Assembly: GCA_963676565.1 (NCBI GenBank) | Contig: OY781089.1 | Span: 736,001-800,000, forward strand | From: Halarcobacter sp. | GTDB lineage: Bacteria > Campylobacterota > Campylobacteria > Campylobacterales > Arcobacteraceae | Direction: 5' to 3' | Length of the DNA: 64,000 nucleotides | In this document: piece by piece, positions 40,129 through 49,232 of the stretch | Layout: every line of letters begins with the position of its first letter | Position numbering within the stretch: the first letter of the stretch is position 1 | The notes under the pieces: model-generated | What the model was told of the DNA's origin: nothing | The model's database searches: none | The model's input: the letters and a program-made list of their open reading frames with translations, nothing else | Position numbers and translations under genes: made by a program

Positions 40129-41088
40129 ATGAATATAGTTGTAATTGGAGCAGGTGGAATTGGTGCTTTTTATGGGATGATTTTAGAAAAGTTAGGTTGT
40201 AATCTAACTTTCGTGGCTAGAAATGAAACCCTTGAGTTTTTAAAAAACAACAAGATGAAAGTAACTTATCAAAATGAAGTTCTTGAAAAGAAGATAGATA
40301 CTTACTCAATTGATGAATTAACCCAAAAATTTAGACCAGAAGATTTTGATGCAGTTTTTATAGCAACAAAGGCAATGAGTACAGAACAAATCTCAAAGAA
40401 ACTTGGTACTTGGACAAAAGATAGTACTAAGATTCCATATTATATCTCTTTACAAAATGGTGTTGAAAATGAAGATATAATGGAAAAATATTACAAAAAA
40501 GAGTATGTAATAGGTGGATTAACTAGACTTATTGTATCCCATACAATCTCTTTAGGTCATGTTCATTGTGAAGGTGAGGTTCAAACTTTAATTGGGGCAT
40601 TAAACCACACAAATGAAAATAAAAAATTTCTTGATGAATTAAAATTGATTCTTGATAAAACAGGAACAACAACTTTTATTTGTGAAGATATTAGACTAGA
40701 ACTTTGGAATAAACTTATAATAAACAATGGTGTTAATGCTATTTGCGCTTTAGTTCAAGAAGAATCTGGACCATTAATAAGAGATGAAAAAACATCAAAA
40801 TTAATATATGGACTTATGAGTGAAGCGGCAAAGGCTTCAAATGCTGTCGGGGTAAACCTTACTCAAGATGATGCAAAAAAGATGTTTGAACTTATGACAA
40901 ATTTCCAATCTGTAAAACCTTCTATGTGGGTTGATACTGAAAATAATAGAGATTTAGAACTTGATGAGATTTGTGGAGTTGTTATTAGAAACTGCGAGAA
41001 ACAAGGCTTTGATGCACCATATACAAGAACTATTTCTACACTTTTAGAGTTTACATATAATAAAAGAAGAGCTAAAATTAAGGCATAA
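40129..41088 (+). CDS. panE: Ketopantoate reductase family protein
   Basis: GAGGIG, LQNG, WNKL..N, PSM..D, ELDEI.G. Confidence 0.8.
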   Translation: MNIVVIGAGGIGAFYGMILEKLGCNLTFVARNETLEFLKNNKMKVTYQNEVLEKKIDTYSIDELTQKFRPEDFDAVFIATKAMSTEQISKKLGTWTKDSTKIPYYISLQNGVENEDIMEKYYKKEYVIGGLTRLIVSHTISLGHVHCEGEVQTLIGALNHTNENKKFLDELKLILDKTGTTTFICEDIRLELWNKLIINNGVNAICALVQEESGPLIRDEKTSKLIYGLMSEAAKASNAVGVNLTQDDAKKMFELMTNFQSVKPSMWVDTENNRDLELDEICGVVIRNCEKQGFDAPYTRTISTLLEFTYNKRRAKIKA

Positions 41089-41189
41089 AAAAAGGCTCCT
41101 TTTGGAGCCTTCCCTGATTTTTCGGAGAAATGATATTAATTCGCTTTTTAATATTTAAGATAGGAGTTCGCGGTTCCCTCTCAACCAAT
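41087..41189 (-). ncRNA. Putative sRNA, copy 1 of a tandem paralogue pair
   Basis: TATAAT at 41201-41196, 29-nt core identical to copy 2, terminator AAGGCTCC-AAAA-GGAGCCTT plus U-run. Confidence 0.7.
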
Positions 41190-41212
41190 ACTTATATTAT
41201 AATGGATGAGAA

Positions 41213-41250
41213 TTAATCATTTAGTAATGTTTAATTAATAAAAGGTTAAC
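41213..41250 (-). promoter_or_regulatory. Four direct repeats at 11-bp period upstream of sRNA copy 1
   Basis: (G/A)TTA(A/C) on the minus strand at 41246, 41235, 41224, 41213. Confidence 0.55.
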
Positions 41251-41258
41251 AAACTTAC

Positions 41259-41459
41259 TTATTTGTAATTTTCTTCTAAATCTCTCCATGTTAAATCTTT
41301 TTCAATTTTCATTTGATAAATATGTTTTGGAGCTGGAAATTTAAGTTCAACTGGTAAAGAAGCCCACTCTTGTACACTCATATCATTAAAATGATCCATT
41401 AATTGATGTTCTAATTCATTTGAAATTTCAACCATTTTTACTGATTCAACTCTTTTCAT
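41259..41459 (-). CDS. Small hypothetical protein (66 aa) between the two sRNA copies
   Basis: AAGGAG RBS; plausible protein composition. Confidence 0.75.
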   Translation of the reverse strand: MKRVESVKMVEISNELEHQLMDHFNDMSVQEWASLPVELKFPAPKHIYQMKIEKDLTWRDLEENYK

Positions 41460-41580
41460 TTTAAACTCCTTGTTTATTTTTATATGAAATTGTATTAGTT
41501 CAAAATGATATTAAAGTGATGTTTTGAACATATGCTCAAAACTTAAGTAAAAGTTTATTATTTTAAGGGATTTTTTAGGC

Positions 41581-41682
41581 AAAAAAAAAGGTTCCTATTG
41601 GAACCTTCAAATTTTGGAGAGTTTTAAATTCGCACATTAAACTTTATTTGAGATAGGAGTTCGCGGTTCCCTCTCAACCCAT
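41581..41682 (-). ncRNA. Putative sRNA, copy 2
   Basis: TATAAT at 41694-41689, same 29-nt core (41651-41679), terminator AAGGTTCC-AATA-GGAACCTT plus U-run. Confidence 0.7.
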
Positions 41683-41705
41683 AAGAAAATTATAATAGAT
41701 GAGAA

Positions 41706-41743
41706 TTAATCATTAAGTAATAAATTGTTAATCAAAGGTTAAC
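41706..41743 (-). promoter_or_regulatory. Four direct repeats at 11-bp period upstream of sRNA copy 2
   Basis: Same pentamers at 41739, 41728, 41717, 41706. Confidence 0.55.
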
Positions 41744-41815
41744 AATTGAATTTACTAAGAAAATAAGAGTAGATTTTTTATTTACATATATATAATAAAT
41801 AGAAAAAGGAAAATA

Positions 41816-42175
41816 ATGCAAACAAATTTATATGATGAACCACTAGCTGTATGCTCAACTTCTCCAATGACTGGTTTTTTTAGAGATGGTACATGTAGAG
41901 TATCATTTGATGATCAAGGAAGTCATAGTATTTGTGCTGTTATGACTGATGAGTTTTTAGAGTTTTCAAAATCTAGGGGAAATGATTTATCAACACCTAT
42001 GCCGATTTATGGTTTTCAAGGATTAAAAGCAGGGGATAAATGGTGTTTATGTGCTTTAAGATGGAAAGAAGCTTATGAAGCTAATTGTGCACCAAAAATT
42101 GATGCTAAGGCTACATCTAACCAAGCAACTAAATTTATCCCTAAAGAGATTCTTTTAAAGTTTAGTATAAATTAA
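41816..42175 (+). CDS. DUF2237 family protein
   Basis: PMTGFFRDG.C, GNDLSTP, GDKWCLCA.RW.EA. Confidence 0.9.
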   Translation: MQTNLYDEPLAVCSTSPMTGFFRDGTCRVSFDDQGSHSICAVMTDEFLEFSKSRGNDLSTPMPIYGFQGLKAGDKWCLCALRWKEAYEANCAPKIDAKATSNQATKFIPKEILLKFSIN

Positions 42176-42177
42176 AC

Positions 42178-42762
42178 CTAGTTTGATTTTTCTAAATACT
42201 TTATAATCTCTTTATTTGCTCTATTTGATAGAAAATATTGGTATAACATTTTATCCACATCAAAAAGTAGCTTACTTGTGTTTTGGATTTGAGTTGCAAC
42301 ATTATTTGAATCAACAGCAAGTTGAAGATACAACTCTTTATCTTCACTAATCCAAGTATTAACTACCTTTGAATAAGTCAGGGATTTTAGTGAAATATGT
42401 TCAGCAAACTTCTTTATATCTTTATCAAACACTTTAGGATTGTCTAGTTTTTCAGTATAGGCTTTATATAATTTACCTGTTTTAGAATAAATTCTTTTTA
42501 GTAGATTATTACTTGCAACAATAAGTGCCTTTTGTTTATAAAAATTTAGGTTTTCCTCTTTTACATCTTTTACAAAACCAATTGATGTGATATTATTTTT
42601 TATTTTAATATCAATTAACCATGCTGGAGAATTTGAAGGTATCTCAATCTCCTCTTTTTCTATCTTTTTTTTGGAGTCAGAAAAAGGATTGATTGAACTT
42701 AGTGAAAAACATCCAGTAAGCAAAAATGTCGAAATTAGAATAAAAAATATATTTTTTTTCAT
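42178..42762 (-). CDS. LPP20-like lipoprotein
   Basis: LTGC lipobox, P.W motif. Confidence 0.65.
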   Translation of the reverse strand: MKKNIFFILISTFLLTGCFSLSSINPFSDSKKKIEKEEIEIPSNSPAWLIDIKIKNNITSIGFVKDVKEENLNFYKQKALIVASNNLLKRIYSKTGKLYKAYTEKLDNPKVFDKDIKKFAEHISLKSLTYSKVVNTWISEDKELYLQLAVDSNNVATQIQNTSKLLFDVDKMLYQYFLSNRANKEIIKYLEKSN

Positions 42763-42776
42763 AAGTTTATAATTAC

Positions 42777-43946
42777 CTAACAATCTGAAAATTTAGAGAT
42801 AATCTCTTTTGATGCTTCAAGGGCTTTTTGGCTTGAGTCTTTATCAAAAGTTAATGCAACTGCCATTCTTCTTCCAACATGAGATTGTGGTTTTCCAAAC
42901 ACTCTTACAAAACTATTTTTTGTAAAAGCATCTTCTTCAATCTCTACAATTGGGTTAAAAGTATCATCTTTTGCTTTATAAGCAGCACTTGCTCCACATC
43001 CATAATCAATATAATCTAAAGGCAATCCTAAAACAGCTCTTACATGAAGGGCAAATTCACTTTGAGATTGAGTAATCATAGTAACCATTCCTGTATCATG
43101 AGGTCTAGGACTTACTTCACTAAAGAATACTTCATCACCTTGAACAAACATTTCAACACCAAAAATACCTCGTCCACCTAAACCATCAGTTACAGTTTTA
43201 GCAATTTTTTGTGCATTTTCTTTGGCTTTTTCACTCATATCCATTGGTTGCCATGAGAAGATATAGTCACCATCTTGTTGAATATGTCCAATTGGTTCAC
43301 AAAATACTGTTTGTTTTTCATTTCTTACCGTAAGCATTGTAATCTCATAATCAAATTTTATAAATGCTTCAACTATTAATTCACTTGCATCACCTCTAGC
43401 TTCTTTAGCAATTTCCCAAGAAGATTCTAAATCAGCCTCACTTTTTGCAACACTTTGACCATGTCCTGATGAACTCATTACAGGTTTAATTACACAAGGA
43501 AATCCCATATTTGAAGCTGCTCTTTGAAGCTCTTCAAAAGTACTTACAAATTCATATGGACCAGTTTTTACCTTTAATTCTTCTGCTGCAAATTGTCTGA
43601 TGTTTTTTCTATTCATTGTTTTATTAACTGCATCAGCATTTGGGATTACATGAAACCCTTCATTCTCTGCATCAAATAAAGCTTGGATATTAATAGCTTC
43701 AACCTCAGGTAAAATATATGTAGGTTTTTCTCTTCTAATTACATCTAATACTTCATTTTTATTTTTCATATTTATAGTATATGCTTTATTTGCAACTAAT
43801 TGAGCGGGTGCATTATTATAACTATCAACAGCAATTGTTTCAATACCTAATCTTTGTGCCTCAATTACAACCTCTTTTCCAAGTTCTCCACTTCCAAGAA
43901 GCATGATTTTTGTTGAATTAGATTTAATAGGTGCAGTAAATTTCAT
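42777..43946 (-). CDS. purT: Formate-dependent GAR transformylase
   Basis: [34 protein letters not shown]. Confidence 0.97.
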   Translation of the reverse strand: MKFTAPIKSNSTKIMLLGSGELGKEVVIEAQRLGIETIAVDSYNNAPAQLVANKAYTINMKNKNEVLDVIRREKPTYILPEVEAINIQALFDAENEGFHVIPNADAVNKTMNRKNIRQFAAEELKVKTGPYEFVSTFEELQRAASNMGFPCVIKPVMSSSGHGQSVAKSEADLESSWEIAKEARGDASELIVEAFIKFDYEITMLTVRNEKQTVFCEPIGHIQQDGDYIFSWQPMDMSEKAKENAQKIAKTVTDGLGGRGIFGVEMFVQGDEVFFSEVSPRPHDTGMVTMITQSQSEFALHVRAVLGLPLDYIDYGCGASAAYKAKDDTFNPIVEIEEDAFTKNSFVRVFGKPQSHVGRRMAVALTFDKDSSQKALEASKEIISKFSDC

Positions 43947-43955
43947 TGTTTTCCT

Positions 43956-44705
43956 TTAGTGTAAATTTAACATTTTGTCGTTTCTTATCATGATAAAAAA
44001 CTCTTTGTCATAATGTGCTAGGTGGTTTTTTCTAATAATTGATTGTAGAATTTTAACATAGTCGTGACCAATTCCAGAGTATTTTGTCATAGTTTTTGCT
44101 AGTTTCATACCATCAATAAACTCTTTTTTTAATCTCATTACTCTTCTTTTTGCCCTAAACTCATAATAAGCCTCTGTTCTATTTAGGTTTTTCATATATG
44201 CAGAAATAGAGTCTTGTAAAGTTGGAAAAATTCTAATAAAATGTTTTTTCCCTGTTTGTCTTTGAAGAGGAAGCATTCCAATTTTTGGATTATATGTCCA
44301 ATGACCAAATATATTGTTCGCTTCTTTAAAAAATCTACTTGTTCCCCAACCACTTTCTGTTGCAGCTTGTGCTAAGGCTAGTGATGGAGGAACTATATCA
44401 ATTCTTCTTAAAAACTCAGTATAATCATAGATATCTGAAACCTTATATTTTATTTGTAGTTCTTGAAGTCTTTTATACTCAAAAGAGTCTTCAATAAGAT
44501 TTTTTCTACCTAATAATGATTTAATAAATTCTCTTTCTTTTAAAATCTTTCTATTTTCTAATTCTATCTCTCCAATAAAATACTCAAAGAAATATTTTTT
44601 CTTTTTAGCCAATGGAAGCTTATAGTAATTAGGTGGAAAACCAGTGGCTTTTAGTGAAACCAAAAGCAAACTAAAAACAAAAACTATTTTTAAAAATATA
44701 TTCAT
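43956..44705 (-). CDS. Bax-like glucosaminidase (GH73) protein
   Basis: PPSLALAQAATESGWGTSRF..NNIFG. Confidence 0.85.
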   Translation of the reverse strand: MNIFLKIVFVFSLLLVSLKATGFPPNYYKLPLAKKKKYFFEYFIGEIELENRKILKEREFIKSLLGRKNLIEDSFEYKRLQELQIKYKVSDIYDYTEFLRRIDIVPPSLALAQAATESGWGTSRFFKEANNIFGHWTYNPKIGMLPLQRQTGKKHFIRIFPTLQDSISAYMKNLNRTEAYYEFRAKRRVMRLKKEFIDGMKLAKTMTKYSGIGHDYVKILQSIIRKNHLAHYDKEFFIMIRNDKMLNLH

Positions 44706-45454
44706 TAAATAGTAGCCGTAAATACTTTTTTAACGGCACCTTTAAAATATAATTTGCCATTTGTTTTAGAGATAGTTAACTCTTCACCACTTTTTGGATA
44801 TACAAAGGTTCTATCTTCAACAAGATTAAGATTATTTGCTCTTATAAAACATGCTACCATACCAGTTCCGCAAGCTAAAGTTTCACCTTCAACACCTCTT
44901 TCATAAGTTCTAACTTTAAGTACTTTACCATTTTGACCATTTTCTACTTTTGCAAAGTTTACATTTGCATTGTGAGCATATCTCATTTTTGCACATAAAT
45001 CATGGTCATAATTATCTAAGTTATCAGTTAATGTAACTAAATGGGGAACTCCTGTATCTATTAAGTACCAAGTTAAACCATTCTCTTCAAACTCTTCTTT
45101 TATAACTTTTGGTTCAGTCATTTGTGTTTCAACAATATTTCCATCAACTTTTGACTCTATAATTCCAGCTTCAGTTAAAAACTTCATATGTGAAGGTGCT
45201 AAGTTATTGTTATATGCATAGTGTGCAACTGCTCTTGTGGCATTCCCACACATAGCTGCATCACTTCCATCACTATTATAAAACATCCATTTAAAATCAG
45301 CATCATTACATGGTAAAAGGGCAACAAGCCCATCTGCTCCAATCCCTTCTGTTCTATTGCAAAGTTCTATTGCATCTTTTGTGAAATCTCTTTCAACAAA
45401 AGAGTGAAAGATAACAAAGTCATTTCCACTTGCGCTATATTTTGTATATGTCAT
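44705..45454 (-). CDS. dapF: Diaminopimelate epimerase
   Basis: GNDF, MCGNA.R, GVPH, ERGVEGETLACGTG. Confidence 0.97.
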   Translation of the reverse strand: MTYTKYSASGNDFVIFHSFVERDFTKDAIELCNRTEGIGADGLVALLPCNDADFKWMFYNSDGSDAAMCGNATRAVAHYAYNNNLAPSHMKFLTEAGIIESKVDGNIVETQMTEPKVIKEEFEENGLTWYLIDTGVPHLVTLTDNLDNYDHDLCAKMRYAHNANVNFAKVENGQNGKVLKVRTYERGVEGETLACGTGMVACFIRANNLNLVEDRTFVYPKSGEELTISKTNGKLYFKGAVKKVFTATI

Positions 45455-46041
45455 AAAATCTCCCCGATAACTTTTTTAACTTCTTCTTCAAGATTTTCAA
45501 GACTTGATGAGTTATCAATAATTAAATCTGCTAATTGTTTTTTTTCTTCAATATCCATTTGATTTGAAATCTTTAATTTCGCTTCTTCTTCATTTATATT
45601 GTCTCTATCCATAAGCCTTTTTATTTGTAAATTTCTAGGTATATAAACTACTAATGACTTTGGAATTGGATAATGCATTTTTTCAAAAAATAAAGGGATA
45701 TCAATAAAATAAGGTTTCCCTTGCTCTTCAAGTTCTCTTGATTCTTTGTAAATTTCATCTTTGATTAAAGGATGAAGTAATGCTTCAAGTTTAAGTTTGT
45801 TTTCCTCATTTGAAAATATTATTTTTCCTAATTTTTTTCTTATGACTTTTCCGTTTTCAACATACTCTTCACCAAACATAGTGGCAATTTTTCCACTATT
45901 TTCATCAAGGAGTCTATGTGCGATTTTATCTGCATCAATTATCAAAAAACCATGAAGTTTAAAAAGGTTACAAACAGTACTCTTACCTGTTGCAATTCCA
46001 CCTGTTAAGGCTATTGCGTGTTTAAAAAATTCATTATTCAT
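45451..46041 (-). CDS. coaE: Dephospho-CoA kinase
   Basis: LTGGIATGKS, IDAD, HPLI, DIPLFFE. Confidence 0.95.
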   Translation of the reverse strand: MNNEFFKHAIALTGGIATGKSTVCNLFKLHGFLIIDADKIAHRLLDENSGKIATMFGEEYVENGKVIRKKLGKIIFSNEENKLKLEALLHPLIKDEIYKESRELEEQGKPYFIDIPLFFEKMHYPIPKSLVVYIPRNLQIKRLMDRDNINEEEAKLKISNQMDIEEKKQLADLIIDNSSSLENLEEEVKKVIGEIL

Positions 46042-46157
46042 ATAAAAGATTTTACTATAATAATGATTTATTTAAGGTTTAAGAGGATAATTCATCTATA
46101 TCTTTGTCAGTTTTCGATACAATATCTCAAAAATTTTAAATAACAATAAGGAAAAAA

Positions 46158-47153
46158 ATGTCAACAGTTAGTTATAAAGACGCTGGTGTAGATATTGATG
46201 CTGGTAATCAGTTTGTAGAAAATATTAAACCACACGTAAAATCAACTTTAATTCCAGGAGTTTTAGGTGGAATTGGTTCTTTTGCAGGTGCTTTTGAGTT
46301 ACCAACTGGATACAAAAACCCAGTATTACTTTCAGGGACTGACGGGGTTGGAACAAAATTAAAATTAGCAATTGATTCAAAAAAATATGATACTGTTGGT
46401 ATCGATTTAGTTGCTATGTGTACAAACGATTTATTATGTAATTTTGGTGAGCCACTATTTTTCCTAGACTATTATGCAACTGCAAAACTTGAAGTTGATG
46501 AAGCAACAGATGTTGTAAAAGGGATTGCTGAAGGTTGTATTCAATCTGAGTGTGCATTAGTTGGTGGTGAAACTGCTGAGATGCCAGGGATGTACAAAGA
46601 GGGTGATTTTGATTTAGCTGGTTTTTGTGTTGGAATAGCTGAAAAAGAAGAGCTAAATAGAATTGAAAAAGTTAATGCAGGTGATGTATTAATTGCACTT
46701 CCATCTTCAGGAATTCACTCAAATGGTTTTTCATTAGTTAGAAAATTACTTTTAGAAAAATTAGGAATGAGCTTAGATGATGATTTCCAAGGAAAACCAC
46801 TTAAAGATGTTTTATTAGAACCAACTAGAATTTATGTAAAAGAGTTTAAATCAAACAAAGAAAATATCAATGCTTTAGCTCATATAACAGGTGGTGGGAT
46901 TACTGAAAATTTACCAAGAGTTTTACCTGATAATTTAAAAGCAGTTATTAAAAGAGATTCAGTAAAAGTGCTTCCAATTTTTGAATTTATGGGTGAGCAT
47001 GTTGAACTAGAAGAGATGTATAGAACTTTTAATATGGGTGTTGGAATGATTTTAGTTGTAAACCCTGATAAAGTTGATGCAGTATTAGCTAACACTGATG
47101 GTTATGTTATTGGTGAGCTAGCTGATGGTGAAAAAGGTGTAGAGTACATCTAG
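46158..47153 (+). CDS. purM: AIR synthetase
   Basis: [37 protein letters not shown]. Confidence 0.97.
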   Translation: MSTVSYKDAGVDIDAGNQFVENIKPHVKSTLIPGVLGGIGSFAGAFELPTGYKNPVLLSGTDGVGTKLKLAIDSKKYDTVGIDLVAMCTNDLLCNFGEPLFFLDYYATAKLEVDEATDVVKGIAEGCIQSECALVGGETAEMPGMYKEGDFDLAGFCVGIAEKEELNRIEKVNAGDVLIALPSSGIHSNGFSLVRKLLLEKLGMSLDDDFQGKPLKDVLLEPTRIYVKEFKSNKENINALAHITGGGITENLPRVLPDNLKAVIKRDSVKVLPIFEFMGEHVELEEMYRTFNMGVGMILVVNPDKVDAVLANTDGYVIGELADGEKGVEYI

Positions 47154-47241
47154 ATTTTCACTCATCTTCTTCGTTAAAGATCAATTGTTAAAATTGATCT
47201 TTGCCTTGAATCTAAATAAAACTCTAAATGTTTTCTTTTTT

Positions 47242-48264
47242 CTAATTATTTGAATAATATTTCATAATATCAGTAACTTTTGATGCATATCCCCATTCAT
47301 TATCATACCAAACTAAAAGTTTAATCATCTTGCCATTTTTTACATCGGTATATCGATGGTCTATTATTGTAGTTTTATTCTCTTTTTTGAAATCACTTGA
47401 TACAAGAGGGTCAAAATTGTTTAGAACAATATTAAATTTTTGATTCTTTTCATACTCATTAAAAATCTCAATTATCTCATCTTTTGTACAACTTTTTTCT
47501 ACAAAAAGTGTAACATTTATTGCTCCCACTGTATCCGTTGGAACTCTTAAAGAGTTTGAAGAGATTAGTTCATGATTAAATTTTGAATCAACAAAAGAAC
47601 ATGCTTTTATAGTTGTTGTTTTATTTGGAATTATATTTTGTGTTGAAGATCGACCAAACTCAAAATTGTATTCAACATCTCTTGTTGAACTTCCAACAAA
47701 ATGACCATCTAAAACCCTTTGGTGGTTTAATAATGGGTGAATTGTAACAATATCACCACAGGTAATTTTTTTTTCTTTATCAATAATTTTTAAAGCAGGT
47801 AATAAAGCAGTGGCATTGCATGAGCTTGTAGAGATTATTTTGTGTTTTTGTTTATCTAATTCATTTTCATTTACACCAAGAATTAAGTTTATATCTGCTT
47901 GAATATTTGGATGGGTTAAAAATACAGCTTTAACAGGTAAATTTCTAAGTTTTTCTATATTTGTTTTTACTCCACTTGAATCCACAATAATATCAATATC
48001 ATTCAAATCTAAATCAAACAAACTAGAATGGTTTGTGATTTTTATCTTTGTTTGAGTATTTTGAATAAAGCTTTCTTCTACAACTTTAAATTTATCTTCT
48101 AAACTTCCATATGTTGAGTCATAATTTATTGAATAAACTATATTTTCTATATATGGATTTATCTCGTTTATTATAACAATTTCATATTCTTTTTTTTGAA
48201 GAAGTTGGATTAGAATAGACTTACCAATTCTTCCTATGCCATTTATAAGTACTTTTTCTTTCAT
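47242..48264 (-). CDS. GAPDH/erythrose-4-phosphate dehydrogenase-like protein
   Basis: INGIGRIG, YDSTYG, SSCNAT, RVPT, WYDNEWGY. Confidence 0.8.
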   Translation of the reverse strand: MKEKVLINGIGRIGKSILIQLLQKKEYEIVIINEINPYIENIVYSINYDSTYGSLEDKFKVVEESFIQNTQTKIKITNHSSLFDLDLNDIDIIVDSSGVKTNIEKLRNLPVKAVFLTHPNIQADINLILGVNENELDKQKHKIISTSSCNATALLPALKIIDKEKKITCGDIVTIHPLLNHQRVLDGHFVGSSTRDVEYNFEFGRSSTQNIIPNKTTTIKACSFVDSKFNHELISSNSLRVPTDTVGAINVTLFVEKSCTKDEIIEIFNEYEKNQKFNIVLNNFDPLVSSDFKKENKTTIIDHRYTDVKNGKMIKLLVWYDNEWGYASKVTDIMKYYSNN

Positions 48265-48504
48265 AGGCGTATTGTATCATAGATTATATATATTATTTAT
48301 AACTATTTAATAATCCATACTAAATCTATTTGCTTAATAAAAAATCCCTTTTAAAACCTTTTATTAGATTAATTTAGAATCTTGATTAATTTAATATATA
48401 ATTATTACTTAAAGTATATTGAACTTTTTTATTAAACTAAATATTGTAATTTATAGTTTAATACCTTGATGATATGATTGATTAAATTAAAAATAGGAGA
48501 TAGC

Positions 48505-48978
48505 ATGAAATTTTTTAATTTAAAATTTTTACTAAGTACACTGTTGATATTGGGTACATTTGGATTTGCAAATGCCCAAACAGTAAAACAAAAAGTTGTT
48601 TATCATATCAACTATGATAATCCAAAACAACAAGAAGGTGCATTAAGAAATATTCAAAATCATATTAATGCAGTTGGAAAAGAGAATCTTGACATAAAAG
48701 TTGTTTTACATGGAAATGGTCTAAGTTTACTTCTTGACCCAGAATCATTGGCAAAAACAAAATTAAAGTATGGAAATGCAAATGAGCAAATGCAAGCAAA
48801 AATCTCTGGTTTAAAAGATCAAGGTATTAAATTCAATGTTTGTGCAAATACTTTAAAAGGTAAAAATATTAACTTTGAAGATGACCTTTATGATGTTACT
48901 GAAGGGGATATAGTTACAAGTGGAGTTGCCGAACTTGCTGTATTACAATCTCAAGGTTATGCATATATTAAACCTTGA
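48505..48978 (+). CDS. Periplasmic DsrE-family protein
   Basis: Signal peptide, KVVYHIN, VVLHGNG, VCANT, SGVAEL..LQ..GYAYIKP. Confidence 0.85.
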   Translation: MKFFNLKFLLSTLLILGTFGFANAQTVKQKVVYHINYDNPKQQEGALRNIQNHINAVGKENLDIKVVLHGNGLSLLLDPESLAKTKLKYGNANEQMQAKISGLKDQGIKFNVCANTLKGKNINFEDDLYDVTEGDIVTSGVAELAVLQSQGYAYIKP

Positions 48979-49090
48979 TTTTTAGAACTGTATATTCTGT
49001 ATACAGTTCTTCCCTTGAAGAAATTGTAAGTTTACATTACAATTTAAACAACAAAACATATTAGAGGCTAGGCCTCATTTAACAAACTGC

Positions 49091-49188
49091 AAAAGCCGGC
49101 TAGGGTTCCGATCTATTTTTAGATGTCTGGTCCGAGAGCTAGCGACTCATGATTAGAGTTACACGGAGGGATAAAAGCCCGGGAGGTT
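49091..49188 (+). promoter_or_regulatory. Guanidine-I (ykkC-yxkD) riboswitch
   Basis: CTAGGGTTCCG...CTGGTCCGAGAG...ACACGGAGGGATAAAAGCCCGGGAGG. Confidence 0.95.
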
Positions 49189-49232
49189 TAAGCCTCTTGA
49201 TGTGTTTTAAATTCTAATTAGGAGAATCAAAG

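Noticed and set aside
41205..41221. Canonical Fur box
   Set aside because: Half-sites resemble Fur but spacing is TGA-N7-TCA rather than the 7-1-7 TGA-N9-TCA; kept only as an alternative.
41087..41745. CRISPR array or type I toxin-antitoxin
   Set aside because: Only two repeats 493 bp apart, each with its own promoter and terminator; no cas genes; the intervening ORF is same-strand and not hydrophobic.
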